A DNA stretch of 64,000 nucleotides from Octopus sinensis (GCF_006345805.1 NC_042999.1:16802001-16866000), one strand, 5' to 3'. Counted from the first letter of the stretch, positions 12,979-25,640 are shown. The notes: generated from the letters alone by a model not told the origin. Translations and numbers: made by a program.

Positions 12979-13362
12979 AGGCGTAGGAGTAGCTGTGTGG
13001 AAAGTAGCTTGCTTACGAACCACATGGTTCCGAGTTCAGTCCCACTGCGTGGTACCTTGGGCAAGTGTCTTCTACTATAGCATCGGGCCGACTAAAGCTT
13101 TGTTAGTGGATTTGGTAGACGGAAACTGACAGAAGCCCGTCGTATATATGTGTGTGTGTCTGTATTTGTCCTCCCAACATCGCTTAACAACTGATGGTTG
13201 TGTATTTACGTCACTGTAACTTAGCGGTTTGACAAAACAGACCAAAAGAATAAGTACTAGGCTTACAAGGAACAAGTCCTGGGGTCGATCTGCTCGACTG
13301 AAGGCGGTGCACCAGCATGGCTATAGTGAAATTACTGAAACAAGTAAGAGAGTAAAAGAGTA
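12979..13362 (+). mobile_element. SINE family A, full length
   Basis: Consensus head, linker and tail. Confidence 0.85.
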
Positions 13363-14597
13363 AATAGACAGAATAAGTTTTCTTATCGCCTTCACAAACA
13401 CCTAGAGCAGTTGATCATGCTGTTGTTTCTGTCGTGACCATGTGTCCAAGGAAGTTGCCTTGAGCACCTGGTTGTGAATCACTGCGTATAGTCCTCACCT
13501 TCCAGTGATCTTCATGGTAAAATCCTCCTACACAGATTCTTTAATGCTTGCGGAGGAAGGAGTTGGTGAATGGAACGAAAAAGGAACTGATACTTGTGAT
13601 TCTTCGTTCGATATTTGAATTCCTTGTAACTGATTCTATATTCTATCAATTAGAAAAAAATACTATATAAATGCAACTTGTTTTAAAGCTTGGCTTCTAA
13701 TTGATTTTGTAATCACGAATAAAAGTTATATAAAAATGTGCATTTCATTAGATCAATACAATTAGCCGGTGACTGTTGGATCACAGAATCACAGAACAGT
13801 ACTAAATGAAATTAAAAATTAAAATAAAACGTCGACTGAAATGCTAATATAATTCTGGGAGGAAGAAATTAAATGTTAAAAGTCTTCAAGAGCGACATTA
13901 GCGACAATTATCTTTCAACCTTGAGCGAAAGAATTTGTCATTAATCAGTTTGTTGGGAGTCTTAATTGAAGGAGAATAGAGCAGTAAGAAAATGGATTTT
14001 CGTTCGTATTGCTTATGGCCACTTTAATGCAGCTGTCCTCTAAGAGACGACGATATTGCAATTTAACCTAAGGAAGATATCTCCAATTGATTTATTCTGT
14101 GCGATTCTCGCACACGATATTTATTACAAGCAGGAGACAACTCTTGCTACCCTAGCTTCAAGACAATAAGGTCACATGATTTTGATCTGTATTCTATAAC
14201 CTCCGTTGTGGGTACTTGTTGCCAGCCATGGCAGTAGTTTACCTCGCTGGCCAATATATAGAAGACAGTGTCATACAATCACTGATTTTGTAACTAGGAT
14301 ACTAGTCCGTTATAAATCCTCAGTTTGAGATGAAAGCAATATACAAATAAAAAGAGTGTTTTTCATCCGTCCCACAGATAGGTATATAATTGTGCGATTA
14401 CCTACTAATTTAAATAAATTAATTAGTAAGTGGCTGAGTAGTCCACAGACATGTGTTACCTTACATCAGTCTTTTTAGCTGAAACACTGTCAAGCAATTT
14501 GCGCCTAGACTGTAACTTTCAGGTACACAGTCAAGCGATGGGCATCGGCACAACATCTGGCTATCACATTTAACTATGGGTCATCCGAAGAATACGG

Positions 14598-14889
14598 TAA
14601 TACAAAATATATAATTATATAAATATAATTATTACAAGGATACTAATGAGCAGCCCCACATGTTAGAAACAGACGCCAAATGGCTTTAAGAATTACATTA
14701 TTTACCACATTGGCACGGGCTAAAAGCGAGGGAAATGAACAAAAAAGATATTCTTTAATGGTTTGAATTGGCTTAAATATGGTAAATAATGTAGTTCTTA
14801 GAGTCATATGGTGTCTATTTCTAGCATGTGGCCCTACTCATTAGTGCCATTACAATAATCATATTTATATAATTATATATTTTGTATTA
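14598..14889. mobile_element. Fold-back / MITE-like element with about 115-bp imperfect inverted arms
   Basis: 14598-14712 is the imperfect reverse complement of 14776-14889; the spacer is about 63 bp. Confidence 0.7.
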
Positions 14890-14965
14890 ATGCTTACTTG
14901 TATAGTTTATTGCATGCTGGCTACTTGATAAAACCTTATACAGATTTTGCCATTGGCTATATATA

Positions 14966-16250
14966 TCTATAATAATAAATGGCAAGTTTGTTTGTTTGTG
15001 AATTAGTTATTTTAACTCCTCCGAGTCTATCCAACAGTCCTTGTCGAAATTTGACACGCGTGTAGGGCTTATGCCCATACGGTCACTTACGCATTTGGTA
15101 TTTAAAAAAAATCGATTTATAAACAGTAATTTTTAAAAACTCGTAAAATTTGTGCATTTTTCACATTAGTCATCATGACATCAATTTGATGAAAAATGCA
15201 GAAATTTGACAAATAATGTTTCATGGCTTTAAACAGACAGCTAATTAACGGTAAACTATTTAGCATTTGCTAATTCTTCGTTTCAATACGAATTACTTTG
15301 ACTTGCTAAAACTTAATATTTCAATTCGTTGTTTTAATCCATCAGCGTTTCAGGTTTTAAATAGATAAGTGCATTTTATTTCTCAAACACAATTTAGGCA
15401 TTTTGCGCACTAACCGTCGTGTCATCAATTTGACGAAATCTGCCTCAAAGCGTAAAATTTTGCCATTTTATGCACATGCATAGAAAGGTCGAGGGCACGG
15501 GTTCGCTACCATACTGTGCTAACTTTTTCATCAAATTTGTCCTATCCATTAAAATAGATTTTAAATTTAAAAAAAAATCAAAATTTGACGAAAAATGCGG
15601 ATCTTTTCGGCTTGAACGGCAGTTTTTTTCTAGCGGTGTCATATGAAATTGTCACCCATAATTATGATCCTAGTATCGATCTATTGCATTTCAATCTGCT
15701 TTAGGGTTAGGGTTAGAGTCAGGGTTAGTCAGGGTTAGTTAGGATTGGTTAGGGTTAGGGGTGGGTGAAGGGTATCTTTTTTCTTCACAAATGTAAATAA
15801 ACTCAATATGTTTCTCAAACGAGGGACATATTCATACGGCACAGAATGTTTTTTACCTCAATAGACGTCAGTGATTGGTTGAAATTGTAGAAATTGGAGA
15901 AAAAAAATAACAAATATCTTACAAACTATAGAATTTTCTCAATAAAGCCAAGAGAAAAAGATGTTTTATAAACACATTCTACCAGTATACGAAGTTTAAA
16001 ATTTTTTAGTTACCTAGAAATTATGTTAAAAACTGCCGTTCAAACCGAAAGGATCCAAAAATGCTTCATATCTATAAACAGACATCTCATTAATGGTGAT
16101 TTATTCAGCATTGTTATGGTTTGCTAAAACTTATTATTTCTATTCGTTGTTTTAATTCACATTTTAAATACAGAAGTGCTTTTCATTTCTCAAACATTTT
16201 CTATTTAGTATTTCATTCCTAACCATAGATATACTTACTGACTGTCAAAC
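14966..16250 (+). mobile_element. Possible non-autonomous Helitron-like element with internal sub-repeats
   Basis: A|TCTATAATAATAAATG...TTTGTTTGTTTG 5' end is of the invertebrate Helitron type; blocks at about 15180-15400 and 16065-16240 are related; the 3' end is not resolved. Confidence 0.4.
15599..16056. mobile_element. 458-bp MITE with 29-bp TIRs, 8-bp TSD and internal (TTAGGG)-like repeats
   Basis: TIR GGATCYTTTCGGYTTGAACGGCAGTTTTT (2 mismatches); TSD AAAAATGC at 15591-15598 and 16057-16064; TTAGGG variants at 15701-15760. Confidence 0.9.
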
Positions 16251-16332
16251 TACATTTATACAAACTACTACTTATGTTTCGTTTTTGGACTTGGTTTCCA
16301 AGATTCTTTATATGAGTTCGTGTGTTGAAGCA

Positions 16333-16599
16333 TATTCTTTTGTGTCTAGAGAGAGTAATTTTCTTTTTGTGCCTTATTATTTAACACACCCACCGGTAAA
16401 ATTTCCACGTTTTTCTTATTTTTATTGTCCTAAAATTTTCGTTGTGTCTTGCAACATTTTCAATAGTTTTGAAAAGGTTGCAAGACGCAACGAAAATTTT
16501 AGGAAAATAAAAATACGAAATAAGTGGAAATTTTACCGGTGGGTGTGTTAAATAATAAGGCACAAAAAGAAAATTACTCTCCCCAGACACAATAGAATA
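16333..16599. repeat. Near-perfect palindrome of about 267 bp (fold-back element)
   Basis: The arms are reverse-complementary along their length with a loop of only about 5 nt near 16466; the same peptide appears on both strands in the ORF track. Confidence 0.9.
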
Positions 16600-16699
16600 C
16601 TACTTATGTACAAAACTTAAAGCTGCTTTATAGAAAACCAGCAGTTTCCTATGCATACCAGACTCCCCTCTCTATGCCACCGATTTTATTCAAGGGAAA

Positions 16700-16870
16700 A
16701 GCAAATGCTTGGCACCAGTGACGTAATAACCAATTCTTAAAGCTGAGTGAACTGGAGCAAAATGAATTAAAGTGTCTTGCTCAAGAACACGACACACAGA
16801 CCGGTCCGGGAGTAAAATCTACCACTTAATTAAGAGCCTCACGATTTAACCACTGAGTCAGGTGCCTTCA
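16700..16870 (-). mobile_element. SINE family D, partial and diverged
   Basis: CTGAGTGAACTGGAGC...CTTGCTCAAGAACAC...TAACCACTGAG. Confidence 0.65.
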
Positions 16871-16876
16871 ATTTAA

Positions 16877-17208
16877 CCCTTTAGCATTCAGCTTATTATA
16901 TCAAATGCAGTGCTTCTCTCGGTTCTATACTTAAGAGATGAGGAATTATGTACATTATTTACATTATTTACATTATTTTCATTTGTTAACAACAAACAAG
17001 ATGAGTACAAATATCCGTTAAATGTAAATAATGTAAATAATGTACAATGCTTGCTTTGAATTAATCCTATTTTATAGCTTTGGGATTTAAATAATCTGAT
17101 TTTTAGAATGGCATTGTAGATGAAGTATAAGAGGCCCGATGAGGCCGGTTTGAACAAAAAACAGGTAATATATTTGAACCTGATATAGCCGGTTTAAATT
17201 CTAAACGG
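16877..17208. mobile_element. piggyBac-type MITE (TTAA|CCCTTTAGCATT...) carrying an internal hairpin insert
   Basis: TTAA at 16873-16876, decayed right end; homologous to 19883-20101; internal perfect 26-bp IR at 16949-16974 / 17021-17046. Confidence 0.75.
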
Positions 17209-17384
17209 TTGAAAATGATCTGATCGTTAGTTTCGACATATGAGTGTAATCGGTAGAGTAGCTAAAGTGTGTTACGGCCATTGGTTGCCCTTGATGTTAC
17301 TACATTACCGGGTCCCAAAGCCTATACAGATTTATACAACAAACCCATAAATGAAGTCTCAATAAAATCGTCGGCAGCTGTGGT

Positions 17385-17844
17385 CTTCTTCTTCTTCTTC
17401 TTCTTCTTCTTCTTCCAATCAGGACTCACACCATTAGCCACAAAGAATAATCTCTAATTCGAGCCTACTCTAAGCTACTAAGAATGCGTGTGGCAACTTG
17501 AAGATCCACCCACCACACGCGGTAGACTGGCTTAAATAGTGGCTTTTAATTGGTGGAGAGCTGAACCATACTAGGGTACAGAGAATTTGCAATCTAGACA
17601 AAGGTTTGAAAGTTTACCGCACCATAGTGGGATACACCATGGTTCCTCTGCTTTGTTGCACAAGTAGGAAGAAAGAGTGAGAGAAAGTTGTGGTGAAAGA
17701 GTACAGCGGGGTTCACCCCCCCACCCACGCGGGAGTCTCGTGTTTTTGCTCAATAAGCACTCACAATGCCCGGTCTGTGAATCGAAACCGCGTTCTTACA
17801 ACCGCAAGTCCGCTGCCCTAACCACTGGGCCATTGCACTTCCAC
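17385..17844 (-). mobile_element. SINE family C with a distinct tail ending in (GAA)n
   Basis: 10-bp TSD CAGCTGTGGT at 17375-17384 and 17845-17854; tRNA-like head. Confidence 0.85.
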
Positions 17845-18403
17845 CAGCTGTGGTTCGCTCCTTGCCCCTCACCACTCGCCTCTCCTGTATATGCTACTGA
17901 GTGCGTGACAGCTTGGCTAAATGCTTCCTAAAATGTCCGCCATTGTATACACCATTTTTTGCTGTGTACATTTTTCCCTGATAAGTTACCGTTCATGCAA
18001 ACGTTTGTCTTCATCCCATAAATAAATCTGATATTAAAATAATAGACGTTCTTGATATATCCACGTTTATTTTTTCCCCCTACTTTTGGCAAAAAATGTC
18101 ATGGTGGACTTTATCAAAGAATTTGGCGAAATAAAAATATATTGACCCAGACAAGATCTTCTGGATTTAGTTGCCTTTTCGTTGAAACTGTTTCAGATAG
18201 AGTTTTATGGGGCGGAAACGGTACTAACGTGTTGAATCGATTCCGGTCTTTTAAAAGCTTATCGTATACTCTCAGCTTCTATTTTTGCTAGGAACACTTG
18301 AAAGACATTATATAAGCAATATATGTGTATAAAATATATAATATAATATAATACAATATAATACAATATAATATAATATAATATAATATATAATATAATA
18401 TTA

Positions 18404-18473
<70 letters not shown>

Positions 18474-19393
18474 AACAAATGTTCATACATATTTATATGT
18501 GCCTGTGTGTCTATGGTGTTTGAAGCGTCACCTCTTTCTTCGTATACTAATGTTATCATCGTTTCTCTCAATCCTATTTGCAGTTCGTACCGCCATTATT
18601 GATTATCATGTATCTGTCGACTACGATGGGAGCTGAAGTCAGAAGTTAATGGGAAGGGTATACATAATTTAAGGTGTTTTATCCAGTATCTTAACTAATA
18701 ATCACGATTTATAACTCGAGTACAAAGACAGATTGTTTGGTAGGAGGTCCGATCAATTAAATCGATATAAATACCTAATTGGAAAATATGGCAGTCAAAG
18801 GTGTATGTAGCTTAATATGTTAAAACGGTGAATTGTAGAGCCATATGAGCATTGGACGAACTACCTGTCTTTTATGTGATTTTATTTGCTGAGTTCAAAT
18901 CCTACCGATGTCAACGTTGCTATTCAACCTTGCAAGGTCGGAAAGAACAGCATTAGTCGAAGCTGGATGAAGGACAGAATCAATAGAAAATCGGACAGGA
19001 GGTTTGAGGCATTCGTTTCCGCTTTTTGTGTTTTTAATTCAAATTATATTGAGACATACACGTATGGTTGACTTAATGCTTCACTCGAGTCCATAGTGCT
19101 GCTTGAAACTTGGGGGTTTTTCGTGGGGTCAACTATGCTGTAAATATTCAGTTTCGGTTTCCGATTTGATGGTAACTTCCTCGTTCCGCTCCACCAGTCT
19201 TAAAGATTCTATAAAGTGTCAAGGACACTATTGATTCGACATTTTGAAAGAATTAGAAAATACCTAAATCAGATCAACTAGGTATTTATGGGTGCTATCG
19301 TCCTTCATAACATATTCGTTACTCCATCGAACTAAAATATTCATCATAATGATGGTTTACAACGGAAGAGATTATACTGTTAATAGCCTCAGT

Positions 19394-19780
19394 GTGGAGG
19401 CGCAATGGCCCAGTGGTTAGGGCAGCGGACTCGCGGTCATAGGATCGCGGTTTCGATTCCCAGACCGGGCGTTGTGAATGTTTATTGAGCGAAAACACCT
19501 AAAAGCTCCACGAGGCTCCGGCAGGGGATGGTGGTGATCCCTGCTGTACTCTTTCACCACAACTTTCTCTCACTCTTACTTCCTGTTTCTGTTGTACCTG
19601 TATTTCAAAGGGCCGGCCTTGCCACTCTCTGTGTCACGCTGAATATCCCCGAGAACTACGTTAAGGGTACACGTGTCTGTGGAGTGCTCAGCCACTTACA
19701 CGTTAATTTCACGAGCAGGCTGTTCCGTTGATTCGGATCAACTGGAACCCTCATCGTCGTAACCGACGGAGTGCTTCCAC
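19394..19780 (+). mobile_element. SINE family C, full length
   Basis: 12-bp TSD AATAGCCTCAGT at 19382-19393 and 19781-19792; A box TGGCCCAGTGGTTAG, B box GGTTTCGATTCC. Confidence 0.9.
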
Positions 19781-19882
19781 AATAGCCTCAGTACGTAACA
19801 AGGTATGTTTCAGAAAGTTTTATTTTCTCAGTCTTACGGAAATGTAAAAGACAAGAGTTTCTAGAGAAAATTTTAACTTTAA

Positions 19883-20101
19883 CCCTTTAGCATTCATATT
19901 AATTTGGCAAAAATAATCCTTATTTATTCACATTAAAAAATTTTATCTGATATTATTTTGTAGCTTCAAGACAGGAAAGATGTAATTGCTTATTTTTTGA
20001 ATGACATTGTAGAGTAGGTGTGAGATGCTGGTTCTGGCCAGCTTGAGCATAAAATGTGTAGAATATTTGGGCCGGATACAGCTGGTTTAAACACTAAAGA
20101 G
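19883..20101. mobile_element. piggyBac-type MITE
   Basis: TTAA at 19879-19882 and 20102-20105; CCCTTTAGCATT left TIR with a decayed right TIR. Confidence 0.8.
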
Positions 20102-20547
20102 TTAAACATAAAAGGTTGTAAGTAAGACAATGTAACACAGTGATTCGTTGTAAGATAGGTTGTAAGTAAGACTGTAAGACAGCGATTCGTCTATATTGTA
20201 TCTTCCTTTCCACAATATTCCAACTGGTGATTATTTATAAGTTTTGTTGAACGCTACATATTTAAGCGTCTTCAGTTAGCGACTGGTATTTTTTCTATGA
20301 GTGGACCACCTTGATGTAAAACAAAATCATATCTGAACTCAGTATTTAAGAATAAAAAAAATCAAATTAACAACAAAGTCTAGCAATTTAACTTTCCTGA
20401 TATTTCATTACCAACTAGGTGTACTACAACAAAAACAAGTTTCGGGACCCACTAACCTACATTCTGAATATAGAAAAGGCAGGATACTGTTATATGACAT
20501 ATCTTGGCCATTTTCCATCCTTCTTCAGATATGACGAAAACACTTTT

Positions 20548-20718
20548 TACTCTTTTACTCTTTTACTTGTTTCAGTCATTTGAATGAGGCCATACTAAAG
20601 CAGCGCCTTTAGTCGGGGAAATCGACCCCAAGACTTATTCTTTGTAAGCCTAGTACTTAATCTATCAGTCTCTTTTGCCGAACCGCTACGTTACGGGGAT
20701 ATAAACACAGACATATAA

Positions 20719-20770
<52 letters not shown>

Positions 20771-20945
20771 TTATATATATACGACGGGCTTCTTTCAGTA
20801 TCCGTCTACCAAATCCACTCACACCGCTTCGGTCAGCCCGAGGCTATAGCTGAAGACACTTAGCCAAGGTGCCACGCAGTGGAAATGAACCCGGAACCAT
20901 GTGGTTGGTAAGCAAACTACTTAATACACAGCCACTCCTGTGCCT
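20548..20945 (-). mobile_element. SINE family A, full length
   Basis: Reverse complement of the consensus. Confidence 0.85.
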
Positions 20946-21059
20946 GTTTTTTTTTTGTGGAGGAGAAGGAAGTAACGAATAAACCCTTAGGAGCCCTAGT
21001 ACAGGAATAATACTCTATTCACTTACCACAAAAACATGAAAGTGATTTGAGTTCACCGT

Positions 21060-21310
21060 AAAGCTATACATCAGACCTATTAAAACTTCAAAACTTCAAA
21101 ACTTCAAAACTTCCATGCTTCCTGAGATTCGCCAACACTACACTTGATTTTCACCCCTCCATACACACGCATACACACGCAAACATGTATCTGACTCATA
21201 CACTGTTCACTTCCCAGATATTTGTACATTACTGCATATGCTGTATATGCATTTTTGACAAGTTGTGGTGCACCTGAGCACTGTATACAATAATTTCATT
21301 ATTATTTATT
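21060..21310 (+). mobile_element. Probable LINE 3' tail remnant with an (AAAACTTC)x4 expansion
   Basis: Ends in TGGTGCACCTGAGCACTGTATACAATAATTTCATTATT, the shape of a CR1/L2-type tail; the family is not certain. Confidence 0.4.
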
Positions 21311-21579
21311 ATATTTAATGACTAACGGAATTCGTCGCGTAGTTTTAGCCGCGGTGGAATTAATTACGGGATAGTTATGGCTGAAAGCTATTTGGCCAAT
21401 TGTTTGCTTGACAGGTCTGGTTTAACTTGGGGATAAACATCCATAACAAGCTTTTCAAATACTTAACAATGATTTTATTATCTTTTTGTTTTCGAAACAA
21501 ATTACTTCCGGTTAATAATGTAACACAGTCCCCCAACCCACACCGACTTCTTAAATATATATATAAATAAACAAAATTA

Positions 21580-22011
21580 ATATTCTTTTATCTCGTACTT
21601 GTTTCAGTCGTTGGATTGCAGTCATCCTGTGACACTGTCTTGAAGTATTAAGTCAAACATATTGACACCCGTATGTGTTGTATCCGTCTCATTTGCCGAA
21701 TCACTAAACTGCAGGGACATAAGCACCCAAACACCGGCTTTAAAGCTGTGGTGGTGGGACAAACACAGACACAAAACACCCCACAAAACACCCCACAAAA
21801 CATCCTCACACACTCACACACACATACACGCATACACACACATACAAACACAAACACACACAAATCAATGGCTAGCAAATCCACTCACAAGGTTTTGGTT
21901 GGCCGGAGGCTATAGTAAAAGAAGAGTGCCCAGGTTGTTTCGCCACAGAACCCAATATGGAGCTATGTTTTTCGGAAGAAAACTTCTCACACTCAGCCAC
22001 TGCTGTGCCTA
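21580..22011 (-). mobile_element. SINE family A, diverged subfamily
   Basis: Recognisable tail, linker and head with many substitutions. Confidence 0.65.
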
Positions 22012-22014
22012 TAC

Positions 22015-22597
22015 ATCTTTTCAACCCTAGACACCAGGCCCGAAATTTTGAAGGAGAGGGCCAGCCAATTAGATCGACCTCAGCTCTCAACTGGTACTTA
22101 ATTTATCGATCCCAAAAGAATGAAAGGCAAAGTCGGCCTCGGCGGAATTTGAACTCAGAACGCAAAGACAAACGAAATACCTATTTCTTTACTACCCACA
22201 AGGGGCTAAACACAGAGAGGACAAACACGGACAGACACACAGATTAAGTCGATCATATCGACCCAAGTGCGTAACTGGCACTTATTTAATCGACCCCGAA
22301 AGTATGAAAGGCAAAGTCGACCTCGGCGGATTTGAACTCAGAATGTAACGGCAGACGAAATACCTATTTCTTTACTACCGACAAGGGGCTAAACACAGAG
22401 GGGACAAACAAGGACAGACAAACGGATGAAGTCGATTATGTCGACCCGACTGCGTAACTAGTACTTAATTTATCGACCCCGAAAGGATGAAAGGCAAAGT
22501 CAACCTCGGCGGAATTTGAACTCAGAACGTAATGGCAGCCGAAATACCGCAAAGCATTTCGCCCGGCGTGCTAAAGTTTTTTCCATCTCGCCGTCTT
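22015..22597 (-). mobile_element. SINE family B multimer (about 3 units)
   Basis: Repeated units joined at GAAATACCTATTTCTTT; head at about 22550-22597. Confidence 0.85.
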
Positions 22598-22619
22598 TGT
22601 TGCGCCTGTATATACACAC

Positions 22620-22990
22620 GCGATGGGCTTCCTCAATGTTTTTCTGAAGCAAATAAAGGTTCAAGGAATTGATCGTTTAAAGTCTATAGTATATGACGAT
22701 GACGCTAAATTTCATTATCAACAATATCAACATTATCAACAATACCGAGAGAAGGAAATATGATATTGTGGTCGACTTTGTCTTGCATCCTTTCGGGTTC
22801 GATAAATTAAGTACGCGTTACGCACTGGGGTCGATATAATCGACTTAATCCTTTGTCTGACCTTGTTTGTCCTTTCTGTGTATAGCCCCTTGTGGGTTGT
22901 AAAGAAATAGATGACGCTAGGTGCCGCTCAGTGGGAGTGAAACGGAAACCACGTAGTTACTAATCTCTCTTCTTCAGCACGTAGCCATGC
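22620..22990 (-). mobile_element. Decayed SINE family A head, interrupted by a younger insertion
   Basis: CGATGGGCTTC...GGTGCCGCTCAGTGGGA...CGGAAACCACGT. Confidence 0.55.
22708..22909 (+). mobile_element. 5'-truncated SINE B insertion with extra templated 5' sequence
   Basis: 10-bp TSD GATGACGCTA at 22698-22707 and 22910-22919; 22730-22767 matches 24566-24603 at 37/38. Confidence 0.8.
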
Positions 22991-23716
22991 CCCCGAGGAA
23001 AAGTTAAAAAAATTATGAACTGACCCATAGCAAATTCCAGTTGAATTATATAGAAAAATACTTGTAAAACTTATTCATATAACGTTTGATAGATCTTCAC
23101 GGATGAAGAACATCGACATAATCTTCGCTTAATAACAGGTTACATAATACAACACAACAGTATTAGAGATATTTTCTTTATTTTATTTCATTTGGAAAAT
23201 TATAATCCGCCTTACCGAAATACGAAATATGAAACAGGAAAAAGATAGTCTCCATCGAGATTTAACCAGCAGCAATTTTTAAAATAAAACGCAACTAAAA
23301 CGATATAAATTAAATATACATAAAATAATATGAACATAATAGGAAAACGAGACAAATTTTCTGCAACAGAAGAGAAAGTGATAACAAACATTTGCCTTGA
23401 TTATGAATCAAATATTGCAGCTGTATGTATTTCATTTGCCATGCAAAGTTTCCATTACTAAGTCTGAGATATCTCTACAGTTGATCTGCGGTATTTCAAG
23501 TTGTTGTTATTTGTGTTAACAAATTTTTTGCTTACCACAATAAACTGTGAGTGAAAAAAAAAAGAAATATTGTGAAAAGATTATGTAACTATATATATAT
23601 GTATATATGTATATATGTATAAATATATATATATATATAAATTATAGAATTATGGTAAGAAATTTGCATAACTTCAAGTATTTGTGTGTTCTCATGTAAA
23701 TATGTATATGCATGAA

Positions 23717-23765
<49 letters not shown>

Positions 23766-23899
23766 ATATATATATATACGCAATTTGCATATACATGTAT
23801 GTATATATACACACTTGCATGCATATCCATTAATGTGAAGAGAGAAAGAGACATATGTACACACACATAATTTATAACATATAGCCATAAATGGACATA

Positions 23900-24170
23900 T
23901 GTACAAATAGTCAAAATAAATATATATATATATGTGTGTGTATAATATTTATATGCATATGTATATATATATGTGTGTTCTATACACACACACACGCCCA
24001 TACATATACATACACCCTAGCACACACGAAGCTGTCACACTGTAGCATGCGCACATATATTATTTTGCATTGCAAATATAATATGCACACATTATTGAAT
24101 GTTAAAGTATGTATTTACGTGAACATACTTGTAACATATATATGTACATATGTGCTTTCCTGTATGTATG

Positions 24171-24202
<32 letters not shown>

Positions 24203-24284
24203 ATATATATATGCATACCTACATACATACATACATACATGCATGCATATATACATATATATATATATATACATATATATATGA

Positions 24285-24374
<90 letters not shown>

Positions 24375-24804
24375 ATATATACATATTTATATATATACAT
24401 ACACCCACACTCATACATACATGCATATTCATTCATATATATATATATACATATATACATATGCATGTATGTATTTGTGTCTATGTGTAATAAGCACAGC
24501 AATTATCTCCTGCTTGTTATTGTAGCTTATCGTATGACTGGAGGTTTTCACTCTCAATTTCTTGTACATTATCAACAATACTGAGAGAAGGAAATATGAT
24601 ATTACCATATTTCTTCCAGCACAACGCAGGAAATTAATCAAATAGAATCTCCATTTTTTTTACTTTTATCAATTTTCTTTGAGATAATGGCGGATTTTTT
24701 TCTTAAGAAAAAAAAAAATTTTTTTGCTCTATTATATGTTATACTTTCTCGTTCACTTTATTTCGTTTTTCGTATTTATGCTTATTGCAATTTAGTTTTC
24801 TCTG

Positions 24805-24887
<83 letters not shown>

Positions 24888-25303
24888 TATAATATATATA
24901 TATATAATATATTATATATATATATATATATATGCGTGAGTGTTTGTTTTCTATTATGTGGGTATTCTAAAGTAGGTCTACTTTTCTGATTAACTATGAA
25001 GGCAATTTTCTGTGCTCCAAAAAATAAATATCAATTTCTAAAGCGACTAATAAATTGGTAATATTTATAAGTAAATTTACATTGTGTTTTTGTAATATTT
25101 CTACTACTTCTCTCTCTCTCTCTCTCACACACACAGATATATATATATACATACATACATACATATACATATATACATATACACACATATAAATATATAT
25201 ACATATATATACATATATGTAATGTATTATTTACAAATATATATAAATATGAATACATATATATATATATACGCACAGATATATACATACATACAACATA
25301 CAA

Positions 25304-25342
<39 letters not shown>

Positions 25343-25477
25343 AATATATATATATAATATATTATTTACAAATATATATAGATATGAATATATATACATA
25401 TATACACTGCCTATAAATATGTGTTGGGACATTTACATATATATTCAAGTATGTATAATTACGTTTGAGTTTACGCA

Positions 25478-25509
<32 letters not shown>

Positions 25510-25579
25510 ATCTTTTTCGAAAGAATTTCTCCTATATTAGATATATATATATATATATATACATACATACATACATACA

Positions 25580-25611
<32 letters not shown>

Positions 25612-25640
25612 AATAAATATATATATATATAATATATATA
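23900..25640. repeat. Cluster of (TA)n, (CATA)n and mixed AT microsatellites
   Basis: Read directly from the sequence; short unique spacers are interspersed. Confidence 0.9.

Larger units (their letters stand above)
11330..13848 (+). repeat. Local tandem duplication/triplication of a roughly 0.8-kb unit
   Basis: Unique blocks recur with complementary deletions: GAACCACGAATT at about 11338 and 12748; GACAGAATAAG...TCCTCACCTT at about 11924 and 13367; TTTTAAAGCTTGGC...GAAATGCTAAT at about 12811 and 13681. Confidence 0.85.

Noticed and set aside
15701-15760. Telomere or chromosome-fusion scar
   Set aside because: The tract is short, degenerate and enclosed within a TIR/TSD-bounded MITE.
19394-19470. 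tRNA-like A/B boxes in SINE heads (also 36426, 49952 and others)
   Set aside because: No complete cloverleaf or acceptor stem forms; they continue into SINE bodies bounded by TSDs.
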